From NCBI RefSeq assembly GCF_004010195.1, contig NC_057722.1, forward strand, positions 65,665,932-65,729,931: a DNA stretch of 64,000 nucleotides. The letters run 5' to 3'. The notes below the pieces were generated by a model. That model ran no database searches and was not told the origin of the DNA. It saw only the letters and a program-made list of their open reading frames with translations. The position numbers and the translations under genes were made by a program. Positions 37,865 to 50,365 of the stretch are shown here, piece by piece; positions within the stretch are counted from its first letter, which is position 1; every line of letters begins with the position of its first letter. The DNA is from Chiloscyllium plagiosum (Eukaryota).

Positions 37865-38692
37865 GTCAGTTATTTTTCAACCTGTGGTTGTTTGAGCAAC
37901 AAAAATGAACATCCATCATTTTTCAGAACAATACCTAGTGATTACTTTCAGGCGAAAGCATTGGCTCAACTAGTGAAACATTTTGGATGGAATTGGATTG
38001 GAACAATCAAGAGTGACAATGACTATGGTAACTTTGGGATGCAAGCGTTCACAGAAGCTGTCCAGCAGTTGGGAGTTTGCATTGCCTTTTCTGAGTCCTT
38101 CTATAGAACATATCCCAGAGACAAGCTACTCAAAATCGTCAGAGTGATGAAGGAAGCAAACACAAAAGTTATTGTGGCCTTTGTTGCTGAAGGTGATATG
38201 GAAATTTTGCTAAAGGAGATTGCAAGACAAAACATCAGAGGCATTCAATGGATCGGAAGCGAAGCTTGGATTTCCACATCAATCCTTCCCTTGGAAGAAA
38301 GTCGAACGTTTCTTACTGGAGCATTAGGAATTTCAATTCCTCAATCAAATATTCCCGGTTTTAAGGCATTTCTGCATCAAGCACACCCTTCTGCAAATCC
38401 AGGAAATAGTTTACTCAAAGAATTTTGGGAAACAACCTTCAATTGTCGTCTAAACTCAGCAGAGAATCAAAATAATGGAACAGAAGAAACTTCTGAATGT
38501 ACAGGTAGAGAGAATTTGCAAACAATTAAAAATATCTACACGGACGCATCTCAGTTGAGAGTTACATATAACGTGTACAAGGCAACATATGCTATAGCGC
38601 ATGCTCTGCACCATATGCTCGGATGTGACACTGTGGGAAAAGCGTTCTGGAATAACACATGTGACAATCCGTCCGATTTTCAATCACAACAG
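37865..38692 (+). CDS. V2R/OlfC gene C exon 3
   Basis: Acceptor ccaacag|, donor CAG|gtagtg, 828 bp open. Encodes [31 protein letters not shown] and WIGSEAW. Confidence 0.95.
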
Positions 38693-38811
38693 GTAGTGAA
38701 ACTACATTATAGTTGAAAAAGAATCTAATGGTTTTCCAATTATATTTATGTTAAGTTAGAAAATAAAAGTGACAGTGCCGTTCATGCTACGTCATTTGCT
38801 TTCTCTTAAAG

Positions 38812-39036
38812 CTTTTGCAGTATTTGAAAACGGTCAATTTCACCACTAAGACTGGAGAAATTGTGCGCTTCAACGAAAATGGGGATCCAGTTGCAAAGTA
38901 CGACATTGTCAATTGGCAAAGTGATGGAAATGGCACTGATGTAGTAACAGTCGGATATTATGACGGATCTGCTTCTCTAGGCGAAGAATTCACCATTAAC
39001 AAAGAAGCGATTGTTTGGAGTGAAGGGCGAAGAAAG
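38812..39036 (+). CDS. V2R/OlfC gene C exon 4
   Basis: Acceptor ctcttaaag|, donor AAG|gtagtc, 225 bp. Encodes LLQYLKTVNF...FNENGDPVAKYDIVNWQ. Confidence 0.9.
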
Positions 39037-39888
39037 GTAGTCGAAAATGTATTGCGTTAATATCTTCCTTTCAGATATTTCAGACCTGATAAACTAGTTC
39101 TCAATAAATTACTATTGATGAATAGAATAGAATAGAATGCCCTTTCTTTACGAGGCAAGCATGTCCAGGCAAATGCAATTCCTTGTCCAATTAATCCTCA
39201 CGAATACCGTTTTTGCAATGGCAATTCTGTGTTAAACGGCCAGAATTTAAATAAACCAATAGAAATTCCTTTGAGGAACAGGAATTAAAATGTTTCTGCT
39301 AGTAATGCGGAACCATGAAACCCCAATCTTGTGAAATTTTTAAATACCTCTATGGTTGTTTGCAAACTTAAATTCAGTTAATTAAGCAAATTGAGAATGA
39401 AATGTCTTTTTTTTTTATTTAAAAAAGTCAAACCGATTCCATATCACTCTGTTGGGGTGGAAACATAGTGCCTGCCCTGACTCCAGATCCACAGCAATGT
39501 GTTTGAGTCATAATTACTCTGTGAAGTGGCCTAGCTAACCTTTCAGTTGCCAGTCGTAACATCGCAAAGATGCACTCTGCCTTTGTCAGCAATGCCTACA
39601 CCCTGCGAATGAATAAATACTAAGAAAATATGTAAATTCACACAAGAATCTTGCCAGTATAGGTCAAATAAAAAGCAAAATACAGTGGATGTTGATAAAC
39701 CGAAATAAACCCAGGAAGTGCTGGAAAAACTCAACAGACCTGGCATCATCTCCGGAGAGAGAGAAAAAAATGAGTTGATATGAGTCTTCTTCAGAAGAAA
39801 CATTAACTCTTGTTTCCATAGAATCTGCTAGACCTATACTGCCAGGTTTATCCAAACATTCCTTTATTTGTTTCTGATTGAGGGCATC

Positions 39889-40252
39889 TGGTATATTCCT
39901 TACGTGGTCCACTAGTATAATCATCAAACTGTATGTTCCCAAACATCTTTTTGGTTAATACTCCACAAATCTAAATCAAACTTTGATCCAACAAACATTG
40001 ATAGCATTTTATTTGGTCCTTGGTTATATTGGATTTTTGTCTTGTGTTTGTTTTGTGGTTGCCTTCTTAGCCCGTAGATTGCCAAATAATTTCAATGAAG
40101 CTAAGTTTATTACTTTTAGCATGCTTATATTCTGTGCAGTTTGGTATATTCCTTACGTGGTCCACTAGTATAATCATCAAACTGTATGTTCCCAAACATC
40201 TTTTTGGTTAATACTCCACAAATCTAAATCAAACTTTGATCCAACAAACATT
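39889..40252 (+). repeat. 111-bp direct repeats enclosing a 146-bp copy of gene C exon 6
   Basis: 39889-39999 equals 40142-40252, and 39999-40144 equals 41331-41476, both with no mismatch by eye. Confidence 0.93.
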
Positions 40253-40507
40253 TAAGTCTTTTGTGACATTAGCCTGTGCTTGTCATCTCTTGACCAAGTT
40301 TTCGATCTTGCAAAACTCTAAACACTATTCTTAAAGACATCTGACAGGCACATGAATAGGAATGGTTTAGTGGCATATGGGCAAAATGCTGACAAACGGG
40401 AATAGATTTATATAGAATATCTGGTGGGCATGGATGAGTTGGGCCAAACAGTCTGTTTGCGTCCTGTGTATCTCTATGACTCTATGATGTAATCTCATTT
40501 ACATAAG

Positions 40508-40631
40508 GTACCACAGGCAATTTGCTCTGAAAGTTGTACAGCTGGAACAAGGAAAGCCGCTAGAAAAGGGCAATCTATTTGCTGCTTTGATTGTGTGGAA
40601 TGTGCTGAAGGTGAGATCAGTAATGTTACAG
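40508..40631 (+). CDS. V2R/OlfC gene C exon 5 (cysteine-rich domain)
   Basis: 124 bp with cataag| and |gtatgt. Encodes [41 protein letters not shown]. Confidence 0.92.
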
Positions 40632-40754
40632 GTATGTAGGCATATATATACACATGTATACTATTATTCGCAATTCATGTATAACCTCTTTATATTATTT
40701 TTTATATCTCGAAGAACCATTATTTCATGTACTTTAATTTTTTTTTAAAATTAG

Positions 40755-41656
40755 ATTCAATAACGTGCCTAAAATGTCCTTGGGATTATTGGCCAAATGA
40801 ACAGCGAAACCAATGCATACCGAAGATGATTGAATTTCTCTCCTTTGAAGAGATCATGGGGATTGTTTTAGTGACACTGGCATTACTTGGAACTGGCTTC
40901 ACTGTGTCTGTAACCGTAATTTTCTGTGTTCATATCAACACTCCCATTGTTAAAGCCAACAATGCAGAATTAAGTTTTCTGCTTCTTTTTGCTTTAGTGC
41001 TGTGCTTTCTCTGCTCAATAACATTCATTGGAAAACCTTCAAACTGGTCTTGCATGTTACGTCACACCGTGTTTAGTATTACTTTTGTGCTCTGCGTTTC
41101 TTGTGTTTTGGGCAAAACCTTGGTTGTAATGATGGCCTTTAATACAACCCTTCCTAATAATAACATGATGAAGTGGTTTGGGCCAGTACAACAACGTCTG
41201 GCCATTTTCATCCTCACATTTATACAATGTCTAATATGCATGGTCTGGCTAATTACATCACCACCCTATCCACTGAAAAATGTGAATTATTTTAAAAATA
41301 TTATTATTTTAGAATGTGATGTTGGGTCTGTGATAGCATTTTATTTGGTCCTTGGTTATATTGGATTTTTGTCTTGTGTTTGTTTTGTGGTTGCCTTCTT
41401 AGCCCGTAGATTGCCAAATAATTTCAATGAAGCTAAGTTTATTACTTTTAGCATGCTTATATTCTGTGCAGTTTGGATAACATTCATTCCTGCTTATCTG
41501 AGTTCCCCTGGCAAATACATGGTGGCTGTAGAAGTGTTTGCCATTCTGGCATCCAGCTTTGGTCTACTTGTCTGCATTTTTGTTCCTAAATGTTATATTA
41601 TCCTACTACAACCAGAGAAGAATACAAAGAAACATTTGATCCGCAATGTCACTTGA
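40755..41656 (+). CDS. V2R/OlfC gene C exon 6 (7TM)
   Basis: Acceptor aaattag|, then [21 protein letters not shown] to TGA. The six exons total 2568 nt, i.e. 855 aa plus stop. Confidence 0.95.
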
Positions 41657-42368
41657 AATAAAAGATACTTCTCATTTTTCCTCCACCATTCAGCTGTGTA
41701 ACAGTTTCTCCATTTTAGCAGAAAAATTGCAGAGTTAAAATGATTATGGTATCTCATTTCATGTCATTTGTTTATATTTGAAATATTATAGATTATTAGC
41801 ATAGGATTTAAGAGCAGGATTAGGACACTTGACTTTTTTTTAGCATTTTCCATCATTGAGCAATGATCAGCCTGTAATTGTAACCATGTTTTCATATTTG
41901 TTCTTCCCTCCCATAAATTTTCCCAGAAGAACTGGCTGAGATGTTTAAAATGATGAAAAGGAGGTGAATGCATGTTCAGAGGTAAACAATTTCCTCCAGT
42001 GGCAACATCAAGGATTGGGCATAACCTAAAAATTAGGACAAAGATACTCAGGTATTCAGGCTGGAGACATTTTTTCACTCATGAACTGGGAGAAATCTGG
42101 AAATTCCTCATCAAAAATGTGTTCATACTGATTGTGAAAGTTGCAACTGATCAATTTTGTGAGGTCACATCGACAAGGCAAATACTTGACTAAAGATAGA
42201 GATGAGTAATAGTCTAATTTAATCAGAGACAGTATCTGTGGGGTGAATGACCTAATCCTGCTCTTGTGTTATTCTGTGAATTATTTCAATTTTAAACTTT
42301 GGATTGCACAAAATATAATTTCATTTTCTTTGGCTTTCTTTGAAAATTATGTGCGTATAGAATCTGAA

Positions 42369-42684
42369 TAGATTAGATTAGATTACTTACATTGTGGAAA
42401 CAGGCCCTTCGGCCCAACAAGTCCACACCAACCCGCTGAAGCATAACCTACCATTCCCGTACATTTACCCCTTTACCTAACACTACGGGCAATTTAGCAT
42501 GGTCAATTCACCTGACGTGCACATCTTTGGACTGTGGGAGGAAACCGGAGCACCCGGAGGAAACCCACGCAGACACGGGGAGAATGTGCAAACTCCACAC
42601 AGTCAGTCGCCTGAGTCGGGAATTGAACTCGGGTCTCTGGTGCTGTGAGGCAGCAGTGCTAACCACTGCGCCACCGTGCCGCCC
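42369..42684 (-). mobile_element. Full-length tRNA-derived V-SINE (HE1-like)
   Basis: Minus strand: A box TGGCGCAGTGG, B box GAGTTCAATTCC, V domain GTGTGGAGTTTGCACATTCTCCCCGTGTCTGCGTGGGTTTCC, (TAATC)n tail. Confidence 0.9.
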
Positions 42685-43389
42685 ACCATGGTGGCACTCA
42701 ATAAGCATTCAAAAAGTCCCAAATTATTAGTCTCATAAAAATGTGAATATCTATTACCTGACTTGACCAGTCTTTCAGCATTGCATTGATTAGCTTTTGT
42801 GCTGTCACAGATCCAACATTCATAAGAATATATTTGTGAAAAATCAAATTCTAACATGTTGTATCTGTAGATTATTGGAGGATGTTACTTTACAAATGTT
42901 TCATGTGCTGGAATCAAATTTCTTTATTACTGTGACATTAATTTGTTTGCAATTGAATTACACTTTCAGAATGCCTCTCTTCTCCATCTGTGAAAAAGTG
43001 GGACTGGTTTGTTAAAGTACAATGTAGCTCATGATTGATCAATAAAATGCACCCCATGCTCCACATTTTACACTTCTTTAATTTCCATGGGTTAATTTAC
43101 CTTTTTTATAATTATAACCTTTAATCTTTTTCAGTATTTACTTCTCTCATAGTTATACACCGATAAGGATAGACATAAGAAAAATGAGAATGTTTGATCA
43201 TTATTATGGCTGTTTTTATGTGTAATATGAAATTATAGAGAAGGATTAAAAATGTAATTAATGGACATGAAACAGAACAAATCGTAAAAAATTAATATGG
43301 ATCCATAGAAAAATAGGAAATAGGAAATAAATTGAGAAAATGCCATGTGCAGATCTGGTTAACTAGGATGTTTCAACTGTTTCTTTGCC

Positions 43390-43700
43390 ATGGTGGCTCA
43401 GTGGTTGCTATCTCATAGCGCCGGGGACTCATGTTTGATTTCACCCTCAGAAGATCATCTGAGTGGAGTGTGCACATTCTCCCCATCTCTGTGTTGGTTT
43501 CTGCCCATAGTCCAAGGGTGTGCAGCTTGGGTGGATTGACCATGCTAAATTGCCTATAGTGTCCAAGGATGCGTAGGTTAGGTGGGTTAGGAATGGGAAA
43601 TATGAGGTTACATGTTATGGGTAAGGGGTTGTGATTCTCTTTGGAGGGTCAGTGTTGATTGGATGGGCCAAATGACATGCTTGCACACTGTGGGGATTCC
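43390..43700 (+). mobile_element. Decayed V-SINE (further decayed copies at about 1440-1712 +, 12120-12272 -, 29010-29280 - and 62545-62686 -)
   Basis: Degenerate head and V domain. Confidence 0.75.
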
Positions 43701-44289
43701 ATAAGGAATGTGACACATCTTGTCAATTGATTGATTATAGTCTTACCAGTGGATACTTCTGCTCTCTCTCTTAAAGAGAGATGACATGTTGTGATTTAAC
43801 CTGAGAGCCACCATACCTCAAGCGAGCGAAGAAGTTAGGAAGGAAAGTCCATCATGGTAACCTCAGCCAATGATCGAAATTGAACCCATAATATTGGCAG
43901 CAAACTGCTTTGCAAACCAACTGTTTAGCCAAATGAGCTGAACTAACCATATTTTATCAATAAGACCATTAAATGGACTGAACGTGAGGGACAATTAAAC
44001 TGTCACATGAGATTTGATCACATTGTTGCCTAAAAGATCAAGAAATGGTTGAATTTGTTCCTCTGGCATCAGCCATTAAAAACAGTCAGAGAAATTAAAA
44101 ACATATCTGCACCCCTTCACTCTGTGAACATGGAACAAAGCCTGTCTGAAACATTGAGCTGAGGAAACCTTTGATTCCCTGCTCCATCTTTCCATGAATT
44201 CTCCTTCCACCAATGAGACTTTTTTTCCAACAACAGGCCAATAGATTCTAGCTGTCAGCACTCCCTTTCATTGCATCTCATTGTATCAA

Positions 44290-46250
44290 AGAGATGTACA
44301 GCACGGACACAGACCATTTGGTCCAACTCGTCCATGCTGACCAGATATTCTAACCTAATCTAATCCCACTTGCTAACGCTTGACCCATATCCCTCTAAAC
44401 ACTTCCTATTCATATACCAATCTAGATGCCATTTGTTGTAATTGTCCCAGCCTCCACCACTTCCTCTGGCAGCTCATTCCATACACACACCACCCTCTGT
44501 GTGAAAAAGTTTCCTTATTAGGTCCTTTTTAAATTATTCCGCTCTTACCCAAAACCTGTGCCCTCTAGCTCTGGACCCTACCCCCAACCCCAAGGAAAAG
44601 ACCATGACTATTTATCCTGCCCATCATGATTTGATAAACCTTTACAAGGTCATGACGCAGCATCTAACCCTCCAGGGAAAACAGCCCCAGTTTATTCAAC
44701 CTTTCACTCAAATCCTCCAAACCTCACAACATTCTTGTAAATCTTTTCTGAACCCTTTCAAGTTTCACAATTCCTTCCGAAAGGAGGAAGAGCAGAATTG
44801 CGTGCAATATTCCAAAAGTGGCCTAACCAATGTACTGCACAGCTGCAACATGACTTCCCAACTCCTGTACTCAATACTCTCACCAATAAAGGAAAGCATA
44901 TAAACGCCTTCTTCACTATCCTATCTACCTGCGACTCCACTTTCAATGAACTTTGAACCTGAACTCCAAGGTCTCTTTGTTCAACAACACTCCCCAGGAC
45001 CTTCCCATTCAGTGAATAAGTCCTGCTCTGATTTGCTTTTCCAAAATGCAACATGTCATATTTATCTAAATTGAACTCCATCTGCCACTCCTCAGTCCAT
45101 TGGACCATCTGATCAAGATCCCATTGTACTCTGAGGTAACCTTCTTCGCTGTCCAGTACACCTCTAATTTTGGTGTCACCTGCAAATTTAGTAACTATAC
45201 TTCCTTTGTTCACATCCAAATCATTTATATAAATGATGAAAAGCAGTGGCTCCAGCACCGATCCTTGTGGCACACAGGCTTCCAGTCTGAAAAGCAATCA
45301 TCCAACACCACCCTCTGTCTTTTACCTTCAAGCCAGTTCTGTATCCAACTGGCTTGTTCTCCTTGTATTCCATGAGATCTAACCTTGCTAACTAGTCTAC
45401 TCATGAAGAATCTTGTTGAATGCCATACTGAATCCATATAGATCACGGCCACCAATCTGCCCTCATCAATCTTCTTTGTTACTTCTTCAAAAAGCTCAAT
45501 CAATTTTGTGAGACATGATTTCCTAGGCACAAAGCCATGTTCACTATCCCTAATCAGTCCTTGCTTTCCAAATATATGTAAATCCTACCCCTCAGTATTT
45601 CCTCCAATAACTTGCCCACTAACAATGTTAGGCTCACCGATCTATAGTTCCCTAGCTTTTCCTTATCACCTTTCTTAAGTATAGCACCACGTTAGCCAAC
45701 CTCCAGTCTTCTGGCACCTCACCTAAGATTATTGATGATACAAATATATCAGCAAGAGGCCCAGCAATCACTCCCCTAGCTTCCCACAGAGTTCTAGGGT
45801 ACAGCTGATCAGATTCTGGGGATTTTCCATGTTTATGCTTTTCAAGACATCCAGGACCTCCTCCTCTGTAATATGGACATTTTGCAAGCTGTCACTATCT
45901 ATTTCCCCACATTATACATCTTCCAAGTTCATCTCCACAGTAAACACTGATGAAAAATACGTATTTCATATCTCCCCCAAATCCTGCGGCTCCACATATA
46001 GGCTGCCTTGCTGATCTTTGAGGGGGCTTATTCTATCCTGAGTTACCCTTTTGTCCTTAACATATTCATAAAATCCCTTTGGATTCTCCTTAACCCCATT
46101 TGCCAAAGCTATCTCATGTCCCCTTTTTACCCTCCTGATTTCCCTCTTAAGTATACTCCTACTTCTTTTATACACTTCGAAGGATTCACTTGATCTCTGC
46201 TGTCTATACCTTTTACATGCTTCCTTCTGTATCTTAAGCAGAACCTCATC
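44290..46250 (-). mobile_element. CR1-clade LINE, about 2 kb of the 3' end
   Basis: RT motifs [26 protein letters not shown] and SCLTKLIELFEEVT, with frameshifts. Confidence 0.9.
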
Positions 46251-46799
46251 TGTTGGAGGACCTGTGAATTGTTCAGCTTCTTTGCTCAGTTCCCTCTACC
46301 ATGATTCCCACCCGCTGCTGGAGATGCCAATACACAGTTCCCTGCTTAAAACTTGCCATCCTGCCAATTACACATAGCACATGCTGACTGTGTTCTAAAC
46401 AGTTGAATAATTAACAAATTAATTTGTGCCATGACAGAATTTTTCAGTTCATATTCATGGCAGCATTCACTTTTTTCATTGCTGGTTGACCTATTTGCCT
46501 CTGCACCATTGACTGAACTTCTGACTTCAAGCAAGTCCCCTTCCTTTGTGAACTGTTTTATGAGGCTAATCCTCCCAGCAATTTGTCCAATAATGGAGGT
46601 GTGGCAACTTATGTTCTGCTGCTTGCTGACTTTAGATTTCAGGATCTCAAATATGCTGTATGTTATTCTAACCCTTGGTTTGGAAGAAATAGCATGCAGC
46701 AAGGTGAGTCCTATTAGCCTTGTGATAATTCAATGTCTTTGTTCTCAGCCCTCTTAGACAATCTCTATACTCTTAGACACCATCTTAAATGCCTAGATT

Positions 46800-47460
46800 A
46801 GCCTCATGTGAAACTTGGCTGTTCACTTATTGAACTGGTTATCCCCAGCAGAAGGCAGAGTGAACATAAAGAGATGGTCCACAGAAAGTTTGGATCTTAT
46901 CCAATGATGAATTGATATGGAGAATAGCCCATGGATTAGTGTGGGGTGCTAATATAAGAATTTGCCATTTCTAAAGGTTCTCAGGCCAGTTTTGTTGACT
47001 TGATGAGGTAAGATGTGTAGATGATTATGCATAGTACAGATAAATCATTTGCACTGTCTATTAACATGTGGAGAGTAAAATATGGAGCAGCTCTTGTCAA
47101 TGCCATAGAACTTGCAATGCTCCTGTAGAATCTTGCTCTCAAAGTTATGTTCCAGATTACTGTGAATCTGACATGGAACATCAAAGTCGGCAAACTAATC
47201 ACACATTAACATTTTGGCTATAGTTTAGTCATGAGTGGGAATGGCCTTTGTTAACCTGAAGATTTCCATGCATATGAGAATATATTTGATGACCAGGGAT
47301 ACAATGCTGGGATTATGCCACCTCCCTACTTTGGCTAAAGTACACTTGTGACAATTGTGCCAGTATTCATCAATATCATTAGCCACTCCAGCACTGTGAC
47401 ACTGCTGTCTGCTTAGGGTAGTCATCTTGTCTGTGGCTTGGTGTTCAGCTTATTCATGAA
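46800..47460 (-). mobile_element. Decayed Ty3/Gypsy integrase fragment
   Basis: Minus-strand HQATDKMTTLSRQQC...DIDEYWHNCHKCTLAK resembles the HHCC zinc-binding domain, and FDVPCQIHSNLEHNFESKILQEHCKFYGIDKS resembles the rve core (FGVP.RIHSDQGRNFES). Many stops. Confidence 0.7.
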
Positions 47461-49269
47461 CTGTAAATAACATGAAGCTGTTGTGAAGGATGAGTTATAT
47501 TTGTTCATCATCACCATCGTGAGCATTTCTTATTTCACGGTCATAGTGATCAGGACGTTAATTGCTCAAAACTATAGGCAATGCAACGTGCGACTGATAA
47601 CCAATAGCTCAGTTTAGCAATGCTGGAGAATGTCTGATCACTGTGAAGCAGACACTTGGATGAAGGAAGAGACATCAATCATCTTGGAAAACATGGAAAA
47701 ACTCAGTTGTTTGCATCTCTGCTCGTGTGTCAGTTAGGCACAAATAATTCAACCTTGTCTAAGTTTCATGCTCACTCTGGTGCAAGACTCAATCCCAACA
47801 TATAAAATGGAGCCACTTTTAGATTAGATTAGATTAGATTCCCTACAGTGTGGAAACAGGCCTCTTCTTGAAGGAACCTTTATGAGACTGCACCCTCACC
47901 TCCCAACACCACGGCCACCTCACACCATCATGACCACCAATCTAGCTTTAAATGGGTGGCCTAACTAGTTTATGACTGGTGAGAATGGCAGACTGTTGAA
48001 CCGGATGTGTTTTCTGACCCTCACTGTTTCTGTTATATGATCCTTTAGTATTCATTCTCATGTTGATTTCAAGTAAGGATCCAGAAGGATGATTTGATTG
48101 AAGAACTTCATCAGCTCCGGGGACATGGGAACAAGATATTCTCCTTTGCCTGCTGGTTCACAAAACCTCTACTGTTATTATGGCAGTCTATTGCAGCCTT
48201 CAGAGACCCTTGTCAGTCACCTCAAAGATTCACTGCAGACTTCTTTGAAGGTTTGTACATTATCCCAGTGTAGCCCAACAGATCTTCTTACTTGAATTGA
48301 GGCCTCTCCGCTAGGCCAATTATGTGTCCTCAATCAAATCTTCATCAGTGTTTCTGGCCTTCTCATGAATCCATCCACCTTCCTATTCATTGGCAAGTAG
48401 AATATCTGACCAGAGGTAATGCTCGTTCTTTCATAATGCCAAAGGAATGCACATGATGAACAGCTGCATACGTTTGGTCTGAAAACCAAATTCCGTTCAC
48501 CAGTATCCGAGTCATCAAGGATCCTGCAGCAGCTTAATCCGTCCTCATGGAAATTGCCTGTTCTAACTGTTTCAACATCTGTCATTTTTAGTCAGATATC
48601 TTACAACCTTCCCTATTAGGATTTGATGCGAATACTGTGGAACCATGCTGACTACACCATAAATTTCTCATGAGATTTGATCACATGGAAGAATCAAAGA
48701 TCATGAGGCAGAATTCTCTATTCCACTGCAAAATTAAGGATGAACAATGAACTAGTTATAATATTTGCCTGGAGAAAAGTGGTGGGTTTTTTTGGAATTA
48801 GGAATTATTTTCCATATGCTTCATCTTCCCACTCATTCTCTTTTTACCGAAGGCACCATTTTGCACAGAATGAATTCATTTGATTGCACCAGCTGTCCTC
48901 CCTCACGACTGGCACTTGGTGGTGAAGAACCTGGTCAGCTGCTCAGCTCCCTGCTCAGTACACATTATTACTATCATCTGCTGCTGCTGGAGCTTCCATT
49001 ACAAAAATATCAAGGACTGCTATCAGATTTTTCACTTGCCATTTATACATCTAAATGCAAGCAAGCTCTTACACAGCATTATTCGAATGCCAATCTATGA
49101 ATACAGTCCTTCCAAATGGCGATAGTGGTGATCTAATCCTGTTTCCTCACCTTAGTAGATTTATGGTGTACACAAGATAATCCATTTGAGAAAATCATGT
49201 ACTCCTCATGGAAGGACAAAGAGAGAATATTACAAGTTTGGTCATCATATCTACTTGACTGTCAGTCAA

Positions 49270-50365
49270 CGGCAATTGTGTTGTGTGGCACTATCAGCGT
49301 ACTAAATAGGACAGACTTGAGACAGATCTAGCAACTCAAGACTGGGCCATCACCAGCAGCAGAATTGTACTCCATCACAATCTGTAACCTCACACCCTGG
49401 CATATCTACCACGCAAACATTACCATCAAGCAGGGGATCAACCCTGGTTCAATGGAGACTGCCAGACGGCATGCCAGGAGCAGCACCAGGCGTACCTGAA
49501 AATGAGGTGAAGCCACCAAACAGGACTACTTGCATGTCAAATAATATATGCAGCCAATGATAGATAGAACTAAGTGATCCCATGACCAACAGATCAGATT
49601 TAAGCTCTGCAGTCCTGCCACATCCAGTGGTGTATGTTGGTGGGCGACTAATCAACTCAGTGGAAGACAGGTCTCTACAAATATCCCCATCCTCAATGAT
49701 GAAAGAGCCCAGAATATCAGTGCAAAAGAGAAGACTAAGCATTTGCAGCAATTTTCAGCCAGAAGTGCCAAGTGAATGATCCAATTCGGCCTCCTCCAGT
49801 GTCCCCAGTATTACAGATACCAGTCTTCAGCCAATTCGATTCACTCCACATGATATCAAGAAATGGTTGAAGGCACTGGATACTGAAAAGACTATGGGCC
49901 CTGACAACACTCAAGAAGCTTGACACAATCCAGGACAAAGCAGTCTGCTTGATTAGCACTGCATCCACAGGTATGCACTCCCTTCGCCACTGATGCTCTG
50001 TAGCAGCAGTGTGTACTATCTACAAGATGCACTGCATAAGTTCACCAAAGAGCCTCAGTCAGCATTCTCCAAACCCACGACCACTTCCATCTAGACAAGG
50101 GCAGCAGATATATGGGAACATCATCACTTTCAAGTTCCCTCCCAAGCCACTCGCCATCCTGACTTGGAAATATATTGGCGTTCCTTCACTGTTGCTGGAT
50201 CAAAATCCTGGAATTCCCTCCCTAATAGCATTATGGATTCACCCAGGGCAAGTGAGCTGCAGCTGTTCAAGAAGGCAGATCACCACCATCTTCTCAACAC
50301 CAACGAGGGATAGGCAATAAATGTTGACCAGCCAGTGACTCCCATATTCCACAAAATGAATAAAT
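49270..50365 (+). mobile_element. Older CR1/L2-clade LINE fragments (related copies near 3190, 10000, 24270, 51850 and 58620)
   Basis: Recurrent motif TTGACAC(A/C)ATCCAGGACAAAGCAG and a shared 3' region (CCTGACTTGGAAATATATT, GGCAATAAATG). Confidence 0.65.

Noticed and set aside
39983-40168. 61-aa ORF resembling a V2R TM5-6 exon or mini-gene
   Set aside because: It is the intronic copy of exon 6 sequence. It has no ATG (TTG start), no convincing splice sites, and runs into the direct repeat.
48100-48600. Possible Gypsy gag remnant next to the integrase fragment
   Set aside because: Similarity too weak to support by eye; needs a translated HMM search.
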